Source: Trichosphaerium sp. ATCC 40318
Lineage: Eukaryota > Protista > Tubulinea
Direction: 5' to 3'
NCBI GenBank assembly: GCA_038496445.1
Contig: JALMLS010000418.1
Span: forward strand, 224,264 to 288,263
DNA length: 64,000 nt
The position numbers and the translations under genes were made by a program. The notes beneath the pieces are model-generated. The model made no database searches. It was not told the DNA's origin and saw nothing but the letters and a program-made list of their open reading frames with translations. Positions 11,243 to 26,100 of this stretch are shown here, one piece after another (the stretch's first letter is position 1; each line of letters starts with the position of its first letter).

Positions 11243-13151
11243 CTACAAAAAACTAAGTTTTAACGAAATGTGCTTTTTTGGTTTTTTTTGTTCATTGAAA
11301 TTAATACCTTGGTTGCTTGCAAAGTTCGTTTTTTGTTTTGTGAGGATATTTGTACTTGGATCAATATTAATATTTACATGTGGACAATAATATTTGATAG
11401 TTGCAGCAATACTGGCTTTATCACCTTTCCACCAGTACGGTATTGGAATATAAACAATACCTTAAACATATTAGTCAGTTTTTGTTCCAAAGAAGTTTTT
11501 GTGCTACCGTTGTCCTCGCAGTACTGCATCTTTTCTATATCGCGTGATTCACGTGATGTAACAGATAAACCTTCGTGGAAAATATGGTCCTTATAATGCT
11601 GTTCTCCTTCAGAAAGAGTGAGAAAAAACTATTATTGTACTCGTTACCTTGATATTCTATTGCGATATTATATTTTGGCACAAAAATATCAACAGTTATG
11701 TTTGTCTGTGAGTGAGCATTTCTTATATCTATCACATGCTCTTCTAGTACCAAAACATCTTCAAAAATACTTTTTACACAGTAAAGGAGGATTCTGTATT
11801 AAAGGAGGTGAGTATTTTAGCATCTTAGAATTACCAAACCTTTGTTCAGATTTTTTTGAGGTGTTTACAAACTTACTCCAATCCCAAGAATATATAGGAT
11901 CAAGCAACTGCAAAGAACGTGGAAAATAGTGCATTGCTCCTCCTCCTAATCGAGCTACATCTTTTTTAGATACTCGATACCTTAATACTATTAGTGTGTC
12001 AAAAGTTGATTTTAGTACCATTGCGAATTTGAGTCTATGTTCAATTCATCCCTAACTTTCCTCAAAAAGTCAATATGGCTTCTTTCTTGTTGCCAATGGC
12101 CATAAGGACTGTAAGAATTTTTAGGAGGCGTATAAGGTGCGTATAAAGCTGCAAGGCTCTTTGATAGAGAACCAAACCTAAGACAATGTAAGGTAAACAG
12201 GAATGTTAGTTTTGTTTTTGTGTACTTTGAAAAAATATCTCCTGCGCCATATCTCTCAACTTCAGACCGACTAAAGTTATGCCAATCATTCAATGACTTT
12301 ATGGACAGCTTTTTGGCTATAGAATCCAATCTAGCTCTTTGATTTTGTGCCCAAAAAGCGCGTTTCATCTCTTCTCTTTCTTGTTGCACAATGACATTTC
12401 TTGGTGCTGGAGTGGAATACTCTGTTTTGAGCGGTTTTGTTTCTTTCCAACTGTGTTCAGGATAAATACCTCTAAGGGCTGAAAGTAGGCAAAATCCGTA
12501 TCTAAGAGCGATATTACAAAGAATACCATACCCACGTGACAGATTTCAAAACTTACTTTTTTAGAATGCCATCACCTCCACTTTTAGATATATCGTATCG
12601 GTGTACCTTTAGCCAACCGTTGAGGTGTGTTACACCAAGAACTTCAGCAATTTTGTTAAATCTATTCCGTTGAGTTTGAGTATCGTTAAGGTGATGCCTT
12701 GGAGCTGTACTAGATTGTTTTAATGGGTTGTTGTGAAAGTTAAACCGTACTTAAATTTTGAGTCCCGCCAAGCGTATTTTGGATATAACGCGCGTAAGGC
12801 ACTCGAAATAGAGGAGTTATACCTAATATAGAGTTAAACATCATATAATTGACTATGGGAGCATGCTTTGGCATTATACTGGCTATTCCAAGATGCCTCA
12901 TGTCTTTATTTACATTATACCACCCTTCAAGATCTTTAATGTTCAGTTGGCGCGCAATGTCATCAAATCGCTGACGTTGATGCCTTACATTATTCCAGTA
13001 GCCTTTTGGAGTAGAACTACTCAATTAGCAACACCTTGAAACTAAATACATACCTCCTATACGTGAGGGGATACTCACGCGCTCCGCCAACTACATAACG
13101 CATAATATACACATTTTGCGTCTTTCATAGAAGTCAAACAAATACAAACAT
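11243..13151 (-). CDS. Helical-repeat protein (about 4 x 70-aa repeats) with C-terminal RAP/PD-(D/E)XK-like nuclease-fold domain
   Basis: Repeats of type P.GYW....QR..FD.IA..L.I.....WY.V...D....G...I......L..AL...YP...W. C-terminus VDIFVPKYNIAIEYQGEQHY...RDIEKMQYCEDNGIVYIPIPYWW. Confidence 0.75.
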
Positions 13152-13275
13152 TGGCCAACTTTCCAGCTGTAAAAAATTAACACACAACGTTTTCTACAAC
13201 ATTTTGGTGTAAAACAATCGTGTTTACCGTATTTTCAACAACTTCGCGACTGTCAAAAAGGTAACTCACCTCCAA

Positions 13276-14712
<1,437 letters not shown>

Positions 14713-14927
14713 ATAAAACTTAGTGCTGAAATACCTTTTTGGTAATCAATTTCATTTTAGTAAAGTTCATTAATCGTTTACAATGCTGCGTTTACAATAA
14801 ATCATAGCATGTCTACATTTATTCTCGTCAAAATGTATGGTGACATGTGCCATTGTTTTTGTCGCTTAAACTGTTTAAGGCGCACTCCGAATCATTTAAA
14901 GAGGCGTACGAACTAACTGGGGCAAGT

Positions 14928-17900
14928 ATGAAGATATTAACTGGCTTTGCACTGCTCAGCTTGCTTTTTATTGTTGTTGCAACGGTATGACTAAAAAGTA
15001 ACCCAAAAGTACTCATAACATTACAGGTAGACCTAACTATAAGTAAATTTGATAGCTCAGTCAAAAATGTCGTTACAACAAGCGAGGTTCGTCCGTAGAC
15101 TCCTAAAAATCCACGCTTACGCCGTTAGATGTCGCTCGTACTATTACATAGCGGTAAAGTTTACAAAAGTGAAAACACCACAAGCTGGACTCAGGTAACG
15201 TAGAAATGTGTTATATGCATTTAATAATAACCTTAGGTCAATGTTACAACCAAAATAACCCAAATATTAACCGATAATGAAGACGTGTTACTTGTAGGTA
15301 CGATTTATTGCTGCGATTATCGTAAAATGACAACCACGCGATTAATCTGAAAAAATCAGCATCTCTACAGTTTTCTTCGTCTGGTAGGCACTAACAGCTT
15401 TAAAGGCAACGCGACAATGTATCGGTCTACAGTATGCACAAATTGCAGCGGTTGGACGGATGTAAAAACTGGTTGGACACCGCTGAAGGTAAAGAAATCA
15501 AGTTTTTCACATAAAAGTGAAATTCCCCAATCTTTGCTAAAACCTATTGTTAGATAACTCCCCACCCAGAAAACGCAAATTGGTTGTTAGCTGTAGGAGA
15601 GACTAAGGATTGTTCTAAACTAGCATCAGACAAAACATGTTTTGCACGTGTAAGTAGAAACTAAATGAATCATTTTTGAAATTAAACTCCTTTTCTAGGC
15701 CTACAAATCTAAGGACTTGGGTCTCACGTGGCTGACTATAGATGCAGAATATGTAGTAAAAGCGTACTGGCAGAAATCAGACTACACTAATGTTATTGTG
15801 CAAGAAACAGCTGAAAAGCTTGGAAATTGGTATCAGCAGCGTAACTTCATTGTGCGCCTTGTGTACGTTCTTTAAATATTTTTTGAAGCTGACACTAATT
15901 GTAATTTTGTAGTGCACAAGGAGGATCTTCTAAAAATCCTGGTAAGATTATAATCACAGATGTCCTTGGCGCAGATTATGACTTTGATTCCAAGGTCTTA
16001 TTGGTGTACAAAAAGGCACGTGCACCATTCGCTCTAACCAAGGAATATTACTTACATTTTCTTAGAATACTGATGGCACTGTTTCTATTCACGTTAGCGG
16101 TGTTAAATATGCTGCACACCGATTCGAACCAGCGGATTGGCTAGTAGCTAACGTTACTGCAAACATAAAGCCTGACAATTTCAAAGTCATTCACCCAGGA
16201 AAAGACTTTATACTTGGTGTTTACGGTGATAAAGGTGGTGAGATTTTCATTGGTGATTACCACTTCCAAAAGTATTATTTCTTGCCAATGCTTCAAAATG
16301 TCAGTTGTAAAGCTTCTGGATCGTGTCGTATTATACCTATGGCTGGAATGAAGGGTGTTTATGCCGTAAATCAAGTCCTTGATAAAGAGGTAAAGTCTTT
16401 TTTTTTGCAATGTTTTTCGTCTTTTTTTTTCCCTTCTGCTTTGATTTGAAAGCTTGTGCTTGTTTATTTTAATGTTAATTTAGACCTCCACTGTATTAAC
16501 TACAAATGGTGGTGGTTTATGGGATAAAACAAAGATAACAGGAGAAGGTTGTTTTACAACACTTCATACAGCTTGTGATTGCAGCTATGATGGTATACTA
16601 ACTCGTGAGGATGCTCCTGGTATTGCATTAGCTAATGGAAAGAATACTTGCCCAAAAGAGGAATCAGATGAAATGAAAACGCTTATATCAACGTACGAGC
16701 TTCCTCTAGCATTTTTTTTTTTTGATGAAAACCATTTGATCAATAACAAGAAAAAATCAAGAAAATCTTGCTTTGCGTTTATCGTTTGCAGTTTGTTTTA
16801 ACTGTTTTGATACAGGGAGAACGGTGTATCTTGGAAAACACTTTTTGATTATGGATCCCGTTTCGCTATGTCAAGGTTTGGTGAACTTATTGTTGCATCT
16901 GCTGCAAAGAACAACTCTGGAATTATATCGTAAGAAAAAACACATCCAAATTGAAAGAAATGCTAACATCAATTATAGTTGGTCTTGGAGTCGAGGTGCA
17001 GACTGGAGGACTGTAGAATCCCCTATTCTAGTTGGTGCTTCTACTTCTAAGATTTTAGCCATCAAAGAAACAGCAGACTACTATCAATACGTAGTTTATG
17101 GTACCCTGTAAGCTCGGTTTTCTTTTTTTTTTTGAATTAAACGATCTATGATTTACAAGTATCTTAGAAAGAATGGTACTGGTTTCACTACATTCCTTAA
17201 CATATCTACACCATCACCATGTAAAATGCCACCAGCTTGGCCTGTATATATGAGTATTGAGAGTGATAATGTACGTTGAATTATAATTTGTAAGCTGCGT
17301 AGCTAACAGTTGTAGTGTATCTCTGGAGCACATAGGTACTGGAAACGGCGTAGAAATGAAGAGGTTTGTTTTACTCCTATTGGACAAGAGTTGAATACCC
17401 TACCACCAAGCTTATGTAAATGTGAGCAACATGATTACCTATGGTGTGTTTTTTGTGAGTTTTTTTCGAAAAACTTTATTAATTGATTATCACTCAGCGA
17501 TACTTGCTTTGAAATGGATGGAAACAGGACATGTATTCTAAACAAGTCTATTCCTGGATGTGAACATATCTTACAAGAGCCTCCAGCTCTTTGTAATGAC
17601 ACGTGGACACTCCATTCAGGTACTTACTTATTTTTGTTTTGCTTAAACAACAAACGCTTGTTAACTTTTCTTTCTTTTTTTAGGTTATGTCCCAGCTCCA
17701 CGTTCTGATTGCTCTGGCGGTGTAAAGTATTCTACTGAACAAGTTATTGTATGCCCTATCACACCTACTACTGGTATACAGCTGCAACTTTTAAGTTATC
17801 TTGTATTAACTTTGTTATTTAGCGCCTACATTTAACTTATCAACTTCTTGCGCAACTGCACTTCAATTGCTTAACTCAAGTGCTACGTTCCGCTCACTCC

Positions 17901-18832
17901 AGGCATCTTACAATGCTTCTATGGAAGCTTGTATTGCTGAAGCGCCAACCACCTACTCTTCGTCTGGTAAGCATTGAAACCCTCCGTGGTTTTTTTTTTG
18001 GGATTTGAGAAAGAAGTTTTTTGCTTTGTCCCTTCTTGGTTTTTGAGGCTTGTTTTATTTAATTCACAATCACGTTAATTGCTGTTAGGAACACATAATG
18101 TCCATTGTAAAATGTCAACAAAGGATTATGAAAAATCTTGCGCTGGAAAGGAGTCTCCTATTGATGCTACTTTTTGTGAGCAAAGATTTAGCATAAATAG
18201 TTTTATGGATGTTCGTGGACATAGAGAGTCTGTTACATATGATATTAGTACATACATATGTTTACCAAAAGCTTGCAGAGTACGTAGATAGTCTGTTTTT
18301 CCTCCTTTCTCCAAGTGGAGCCTTTTTTTTTCTGAAGCAAAGATATTTACCTGGTTTGCCTTTTTTACTGTTCTTGTTCTGATCCACCTTGGTTAGGGCG
18401 ATCAAGATGAGGGATTGCTAAAGACATACTTCATTGAAAAATATAAGAATGAGAATGCAACAGCTGAAGCAGAGCAGCGTACGCGACATAAGGCTGGAAT
18501 TGATTGATTTTTTATACTTTTTGTTGTTGGTTTTTTTTTTCTGGAATTCTTTCTTTGTGTTTTCTGCTCTTAACTTCTTTTATTAGTTTGTTTCCCGCCG
18601 AATTCGTGTAGTATTAAATATGTTTGTTCAAAGTTAAATACTTCTCTTGGTCTATGGATAGGTACTGACGAGAAACAAATAAAAACCTTATTCTGTTTTC
18701 TTCTTTTTTTTTTGCTGAACTAATTTTTCAGGTTTGCCTATTATGATTTTGGTTGTATTCGCTATTGGAGGTGGTTTATTATACTGGAAGTATAAAACAA
18801 CTAGTGAATCAAATGATATCGAGTTCGCCTAA
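14928..18832 (+). CDS. VPS10/sortilin-like type I receptor with extra Cys-rich juxtamembrane domain
   Basis: Signal peptide MKILTGFALLSLLFIVVAT; Asp-box/BNR-like repeats (YKSKDLGLTW, TTNGGGLW, WSRGADW); 10CC module CISGAHRYWKRRRNEEVC...CKCEQHDYLCDTCF...SDCSGG; TM followed by short tail ...SNDIEFA*. Confidence 0.8.
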
Positions 18833-18980
18833 AAAAAAACAAGTGTAAACAAAGTATTGTTGTATGTAATATACTTGGCTTTTGAAAAATACAAAGGAAG
18901 AGCTTTTTTTTCACTTTCCAATATTTACGCTACTAACATTTACGTAACACCCTACAAGAACAGATTTATACACCAGAATC

Positions 18981-19950
18981 TGGATTTTTGCTGAGTCGTT
19001 ATTTAAGTTTGTTGAATCTCGCCCCACAGTGATCCCATTATTTATTATGAGCTCGAAAGAACCTCCTATCCGTTAAGTGTATGCGCCAGAACCAGTGTAG
19101 AAACTTGGTCGGGGTTGTTTAAAAGTGAGTAAAGAATATTAATTGTATTCACTGAACTGTTTTTGGTCAACATGAAATCATATTCATAACAACCAACACA
19201 CATAACAACGTGGCTTACCTAAACACGAACAAAAAAACCAACAATGACTCAACAACCACAAACATCTACTACTTCACCAGTCCGTGTCACAATCCAGTTT
19301 GACATTGAACAAGAACAAATTTCATCTACACTCAACAAAGTTCTCACTTGTGGTGTTCAAGTCGGTCCAATATCAATACAAAACGTACACCCTATATCCG
19401 TAAAAAACGTACGTCAACCATCCAGGGTTTAAAATAATATCTCACTCCTAATTAGTTATCGGATAAACCCTCGACTAAACAAGAAAACGATATAGAAGCA
19501 TGTGACGATCAAGAGTTCGATAGCACAGAATCAAGCGACACCGACGATAGTGAATCGAGCGACAATCTGCATTCTGAAAACAACTTTGATCTTATCAGTA
19601 AAATTAGTAAGTGCCCTAGATTCCTCAAACGTGTCCCAGAGGATAAGCGAGAACAATGGATCAAAGCAATACTACAACTCCAATCTGAAGGATACAAGAG
19701 ATGGAGACAATGTCTCAACACAATGATCAAAGTCGGCTTCTCAGGTGACGTTCAACAAGTGATCAATGCAATGGAGGAACAGAAAGCATTTCGCATCCAT
19801 AAAAGACAAGAACGCTCAGAACACAGAGCTTCTAAACGTAAACAATTTGCCAACAAGCGTCCTCAAAGACATGCCAACAAATTCAAAAACAAGCATGCTC
19901 AGAAGAGAATGAGGCAAGCACGTGATAACAAACGTGATCAACTTCCTTAG
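18981..19950 (+). repeat. Second (inverted) copy of the about 0.95 kb duplication
   Basis: Direct sequence match to the reverse complement of 6056-7004. Confidence 0.9.
19244..19950 (+). CDS. Unknown 2-exon protein (copy 2), paralog of 6056-6738
   Basis: MTQQPQTSTTSPVRVTIQFDIEQEQ...|LSDKPSTKQENDIE...KCPRFLKRVPEDKREQWIKAILQLQSEGYKRW...; intact ORF. Confidence 0.7.
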
Positions 19951-20813
19951 TCCTAAAGTTTAGTATTGCTCTCTTGTACAAAAAAATAAAACAAAATTGA
20001 TCTACACATGTGGCGTTTTCTTTAGTGACCATTTGCGCTGTTGTACTTGACGTATCTAAGCAATTGATTTAAGACGCGTTAGCTTATGATAACTTCCATA
20101 TTCCTCAAATTTTCGCGCAACAAAAATAGTGGCCTTAACAAAAAAGTGTACACTCATCACTTTGTATCACAAAAATAATACCACCAGAAACAAGCATGTG
20201 CCAGTAGTTTTATTAGTTTAACACCCAGTGTATATACGTAGCAAACTCCGGTGTAAAGTTAAAGCTATAGCTATAGGTTTGGCTGCGCGTGTCTTTTACC
20301 AGTTGTACAATTAAATATCCCGCTATTCCTCCTTTTTTGCGAGTTTTGAGCATATTGGGAAGTACCCAAGGAGTTAAGAAGGTAACTGTTATACATTGGT
20401 TTGACCAAAAAACGTTTGTTTTACAAAATCCGTATGTGAAACCAAAATAGTAAGATATGTACACTCACACCATTCTGAGATGGGTAAGTGTTTTTTACCC
20501 AAATAACATACACACTCCGGTTCTTTTCTAGTTGCGCAAATACGAGGTCACTATAAACCCAAAAACAAACAGTTTGAGGTGCAAACAGTTGGTATTTATT
20601 TTCTTGCTTAATTATTCAATACAATTCTTTAGATTCTTTTTTCTTCGCCTTTGGCGACTTCATACTGCATGATCTTTCGAGTCTCGAAGTTCATCCCGAA
20701 GAGTGGCGCTTCTCCACCCATTAACCCGTCAAAAGTTGTTTTCGGTTTCCCGAAAAAAAACACGTGATTTTTTCGTGGATCTTCTATTTTCAGATAAAGC
20801 ACTTCCGTAAAAC

Positions 20814-21555
20814 TTATGGTTTTGAAAGGCGCCTTCGTTTGCTAGATAGTGCTCTTACTGCTCTTTTCGCTCTCTTCCATCGGCTTGGTGCAGTGGGAGC
20901 TGCTCTAACTCTGTTGTGACGCATTGTCTGCATTCTTGGGGTGTAAAGGTTCGGGTAAACGCAAAGAGTACTGTGCTCCGGTAATACATCACTGAGTAAC
21001 GAACTTTCGTTTACTGGCCCATTACTGCTTAAGACATATCGTGAGTTTCTAGGAGGATACTAGGAGCAAATGTTAGTACTTGAAGAGATGCAAAACAAAA
21101 AAAACAGTGAAAGGTAATACGTACTTTGATGAGACGGATAGATATTACCAAGTCCATACAATCCATGTTTCTTAGGTTTTCTTCTATCACATCATAGAGC
21201 ACGCGTTGGTCATTGTTACCAACCTTTATTTTAAAAGGTGTCTTACTGAGTAGTTTACCATGCTCATTGGCGTAGTAGATGTACATTTTTCTTTGTTGTG
21301 AAGGCATTGCGAGTGAGATGTTGCTTGCTTTGTACTACTTACAGAATATGTCTTACTTTTGGTAAGTTTTCTTGGCACGTTGCACAACCCCGAGGAGTAG
21401 ATGTGTGATTTGCTATCGGGTAATTGAACGACGAAAGAAGTTTTCATATGTGACGTATCTGCGCTTTCTAATAAACCTTGCTTGAACCTGTTTTTAGAAC
21501 TGACTCGAAAGAAAATAATGGCGAGATTTTTTTCTATACGGTATTTCCCCGCCAT
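20814..21555 (-). CDS. Hypothetical basic protein (start uncertain: 21555 or 21307)
   Basis: ORFs joinable by a GT-AG intron: MPSQQRKMYIYYANEHG...ISIRLIK|YPPRNSRYVLSSNGPVNESSLLSDVLPEHSTLCVYP...KRRRLSKP*. Confidence 0.4.
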
Positions 21556-21995
21556 GCTTCGGGGAGGTAGCCAATGAGCTATTTTGAGAGGGAAGGTAAC
21601 GCTTGCTGCCGCTAGTTCCTTGTACGTCCATCGTTTGCAGTAGTAGGCGTTTGTGAAAAGAACGCAGATACTTCCATTCAGCCTTTCGAGATTACGATAC
21701 CATGGCGTTACCTACGCTCGTTATAAGCCTAAAACGATTTTTTGGAAAACTTCAAAGCATGCGTACACGAACTGCGTCGGTTTTAGCGCTAGCGTACTAG
21801 AAAAAGCCCAGAACGACGTGTCAATACAAAAACTAAAGGCTTTAGTAGCAGCCAATAGCGCTAGCTTTTATGCACATTACTTTACGCTAATACGTATTCG
21901 TAGTACAGAAAAAATTATGTTAACGGTTCTTGATTCAACCAAACAATATTTCGTACTGTATTGTTCTACATTAGTCAAACTACCTTAGAGCTATA

Positions 21996-22874
21996 ATGAG
22001 TTGGGGTATGTGACTCTAATTAACTAATACACAACCGTTTTGTTAAAAAAAACTGTAGACGACGATGATTTTAATCCTATTACGCCTTTCGGTGCGCAAC
22101 CTGGTATAGCTGTTCAAGAAGACACTGTTCCTTCAAACTGGGACGATGAAGAGGAAGAAGAAGTCGATTGGGAAGCAAAAGCTGCGCCAGTAGTTGTAAG
22201 AGCGCCTGGTGAGAAAGCAGCAAAGCTAGCAGCGAAAAATGCCGCAAAAGAGAAAGCAAGACAAGAGAAAGAAAGAATAAAAGCTGAAGAGTCGAGGGTT
22301 CTATCGGCCGCCGAACGCGCTGAAGCAGCTGAAAAGGCTGATTACGAATTATTGGAAGAAGCATTCCTTGGTGAAACCAGCGCACCTAGTGAAGTCGCAG
22401 CAGTGCCAAAAGCCAAGAAAACACTTGAAACAAAAGCTGATTTTGAACAATACGCAACAGAAATCGCTGAAACGGCGCGAGTCATTGACGTACAACACTA
22501 AAACACCAAATACATTATACTGACGCGTAATTTAGGCAAAATTTTATTACAAAGACTTTGTAAAAACACTCATCAAAGAATTACTAGTAGATATGCGCTC
22601 AACTGATATAAAAGAAATTAATACAGCACTTACAGTGTTAATGAACGAAAAAATGAAAAAAGAAAAAGGGAAAAAAGGACGGTGTACGCACAACAAATTG
22701 AATCAATTATGCTTTTTTTCGCCTCTTCATTGATTTAAACACTTACTAACGCATTAAATAGCAAAAAAGAAGATTGACAAGCGTGAAATTAAACAAGCTG
22801 ATGATGACATGGATGGAGATATGGTAAAAGGAGAGTTCTCTAGATATGAGGATGATTTTGCCGATTTCATGTAG
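21996..22874 (+). CDS. EIF3J: Eukaryotic translation initiation factor 3 subunit J
   Basis: MSWDDDDF, NWDDEEEEEVDWE, EKADYELLEEAF, TKADFEQYA, DIKEINTALTVLMNEKMKKEK, and terminal YEDDFADFM*. Confidence 0.9.
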
Positions 22875-23120
22875 ATGATATTTACAATGTGTCACTTTTA
22901 AACAAAATGTCATTTTTTTGAGTACAACGTGTTGTTAACCTCTTTTCCTTTCCTTGGATATTATAAAATCGCCTTTATTTGTTGTTTATGCTCTGTTTTG
23001 TTGATAGTGTCAAAGCCAATTTGTGAACAAGCCTTTCGAGAAACGCCAAATTGTTAAGTGCGAAGTCTACTTTTCTTAGCTCAATTGATCGCAAAGTAAC
23101 GCCAGTTATACCTTTGGTGC

Positions 23121-26100
23121 ATGGCTAGGCGATCAGCCGGCGACGTAGTGCGAAATGTTAGAGAAGCTGTTGAAGGCACCTAGTTTGCAGAGTTCTTGCG
23201 TCTGATTAATGTGTAGATCTCTGCGAGGAGTACAAAGAAAATACAGTCGCTTTTACAGACGGTGTAGCCATAAATCGCCTCTGCTATTATCTAGAGCAGA
23301 TACTCAATGATGGGCTTAAAGGTAAGCAAAGTAGATTGTGCACAATAATGACAGCCGACAGCGAAGGGCTTATTTGGGCGTACACTTGCTTGGCAATGGT
23401 TAAAACGACTTCCGTCATGCCTACCAGGTCTGTTTTCTACTTTTGCTTATAAATAGCCACTGATAGCTCAATAGGCACTAACAAGTTTGTCGAAAAATGC
23501 AAGAGAGCTCAATCAAACGATTTAGGTACGTTTTAAATAATGTTTTATTATTTTTTTGTAACAATCATATCCCAGGTCGTGGTAGAGCGTTTATTCGCTT
23601 AGCATTAAACGATAAGGTACATACAAATCAAATCCTTCCATAATTATCGAAGTTCTATTGTACCAGCGTTCTAATTCGCTCATATTTTTTTCTAGGCTCT
23701 AAGTGAATATATTGGTGCGTAGAAGAGTGAATGGCAGCAATCAACAACAAAAAAAAATTTCTTGACACTTTGCCATGACCATTCTGACGCACTTGTAGAA
23801 GCGATGTGTTGGTCTTCTACTCTACCAAATTTTTATGTACCAGATAGTGTCATTAGAGACGAAGAACACTCTCCAACACTTCTTTCAGTTCTAGAGAAGA
23901 CCAAACATATGGAATTTAATTTAGACGGTTCTGATCCTAAGCTAAGCAGAGAGGACTATTGGAGTCACAAAATATTACATGGCCCAGGGCAAGTACAAAG
24001 AAACTACACCATTAATTTCCAAACACATTTTTTTTTACATCCAAGCGTTTTAACATTTGTTTTAGGTCTTCACGCAAGTTGATTTCTCTTGCTGCCGCTC
24101 AGAAGCTAGTAGATGCAGAGAATGAAGCAAAACTAAACAGATCACAAAGTGCTAATAGGCAGATTCCTCAAACTGGCTTTATGATAACACCAGCATCTTC
24201 TGTAGCGAACTCTGCATCAACAGGACCAAATTCTCCAGTGCCAATGCCACCAACTGATAGTGAAGCGCCAGAGGACTTGGAAGCACTCAAAGCTCAACTA
24301 GAACAGGCACAACGCGCTTTAGTTGATATACAGGACTCAAAGGATGGCGTTGAAGGATCAGAAGAAGCACAACGTGCTTTAAAGTCTATTAAAGCTGAAG
24401 GAGATGATTTACCGCAGCCTAAGAAGTTAGAATCCCTTATCAAAGTTAACGATGTACCTCCTATGGATGAAACCCTTCCTGACGAATTGCGTCTTTTGTA
24501 TGATATGCTTGTAGAAGCTACAAGTGGAGAACACTTACCTTCACCTGATCAAGGCCTCACTGTTTATGAGAATAGCAGTAAAGCCTTAGAGATTGCGCTA
24601 GACGATATTTTTCACCATCAACTTCGTGGTACGATTGTTTAGCCATGTTACCTCATTTTATTTGTTAATTTATTTGCTCCTTAGATAGCTTTTTCGCACT
24701 TCCATCGCTTTGGACAGTAATTTCTGCTGTGTCTGCTACACTACCTGTACTAAGAGAGCTTAAAGATCAACTAAAGAAGTCTTATAGTTTGGAAACACCA
24801 AACGGAAAGTACGCAACACTTTATTTTTTACGAGTCCTTTCTTCTTTTATCTCACTATGAATTCTATAAAGATTGCGTGGTTTAGTGAGAATGATGCTAA
24901 ATAATGGAAATCTTGAGGTTGTATTGAGTCACGTGCTCAAACATACAGATCTGTTAAAGTAAGTCGAACGAAGCTTTATTTTTGCTCAGCGGAGCTCTTT
25001 TTTTTGTCCGCTAACACGTAGCAAAGGAAGGAATATAAGGACACAGCGTTTTTATTATCGTCTTTGGCATGTAAAAAAATGTTGGAGGTTTTAAGACCTC
25101 TTTCTCGCTTGAAATTTCAGTTGAAGATTTTTTCAGGGTGAGTTGGTTTTTTTTTACGTTTCTGCTTACTTGGTAGATTGTAATGTGTTTTTCGTAGACT
25201 AGATAAGGTCAATGCTTTCCTAACTGAGGCTGAAGTGAAAGCAAAACATATTGTAGATAAAGAAACACTTGCGAAGCGTAAGAGCAGGAGGAGAAGGAAA
25301 AAAAAATCTGTAATGATTTTGGATGAAAATGGAGACAACCCACAGGACATGTTCTCACCACAGAAACCTTCACCGTATATATACAACAGTCACGATACAC
25401 CACCAAAATCTCTGGACCCTGTGGAAGAATCACCTGCCACACCATCCCCAGAGATTGAGAACAGTGTTCGTACTCCAACAGAGTACGAGGCGCCAAGCAA
25501 AAACCCATTTGGTACTGCGACTAAAAGACCGAAACAAACCTAATTCTATTTTGTTTCAGATGACGATTTTGGTGAGCCAGAAGAACCTACATTTGAAGCT
25601 AATACTGTGAATGGATTTGCACCTGAACGTATAGACAATGAAGTCCGTGAAGTAAACAAGAGTGATGAAGGTGAAGAAGATGATTGTGAAAATACTCAAC
25701 CACTTGAGATTCCAAGAAATACATTTAGATACGATATAACTCCAAACCGCCGACCAAATAGCGTTACACTTGATTTAACACCAGAGGAAGAAGAAGAAAT
25801 AAATGATATTGTATCGTCTCTTGGAGACGTACATAATACCCCAAGCATTCTTGATAATCAGTTACCAGAAGTTTATATAAACGATGAACCAGAAAATAAA
25901 GAGCAACATCTGGGTACAAGTTCAACGAAGGAAAACGGACACAAAAGCTCTGAGATGCCAAAAGAGCTGTTGACAGCCAATTTTTCTGATACAGCATCTT
26001 ACTCATCTGATGCACCTCAAGAGGTATGTTTAAAAGGGAAAGTCGCGAATAATAAAGCACGTGACTTAATTATTTGTATTAGAATGGAAGAATGGACTAT

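Noticed and set aside
21653-21988. 111-aa ORF upstream of eIF3j
   Set aside because: GTG start, no motif, and it lies in a CpG-rich divergent promoter region; likely spurious.
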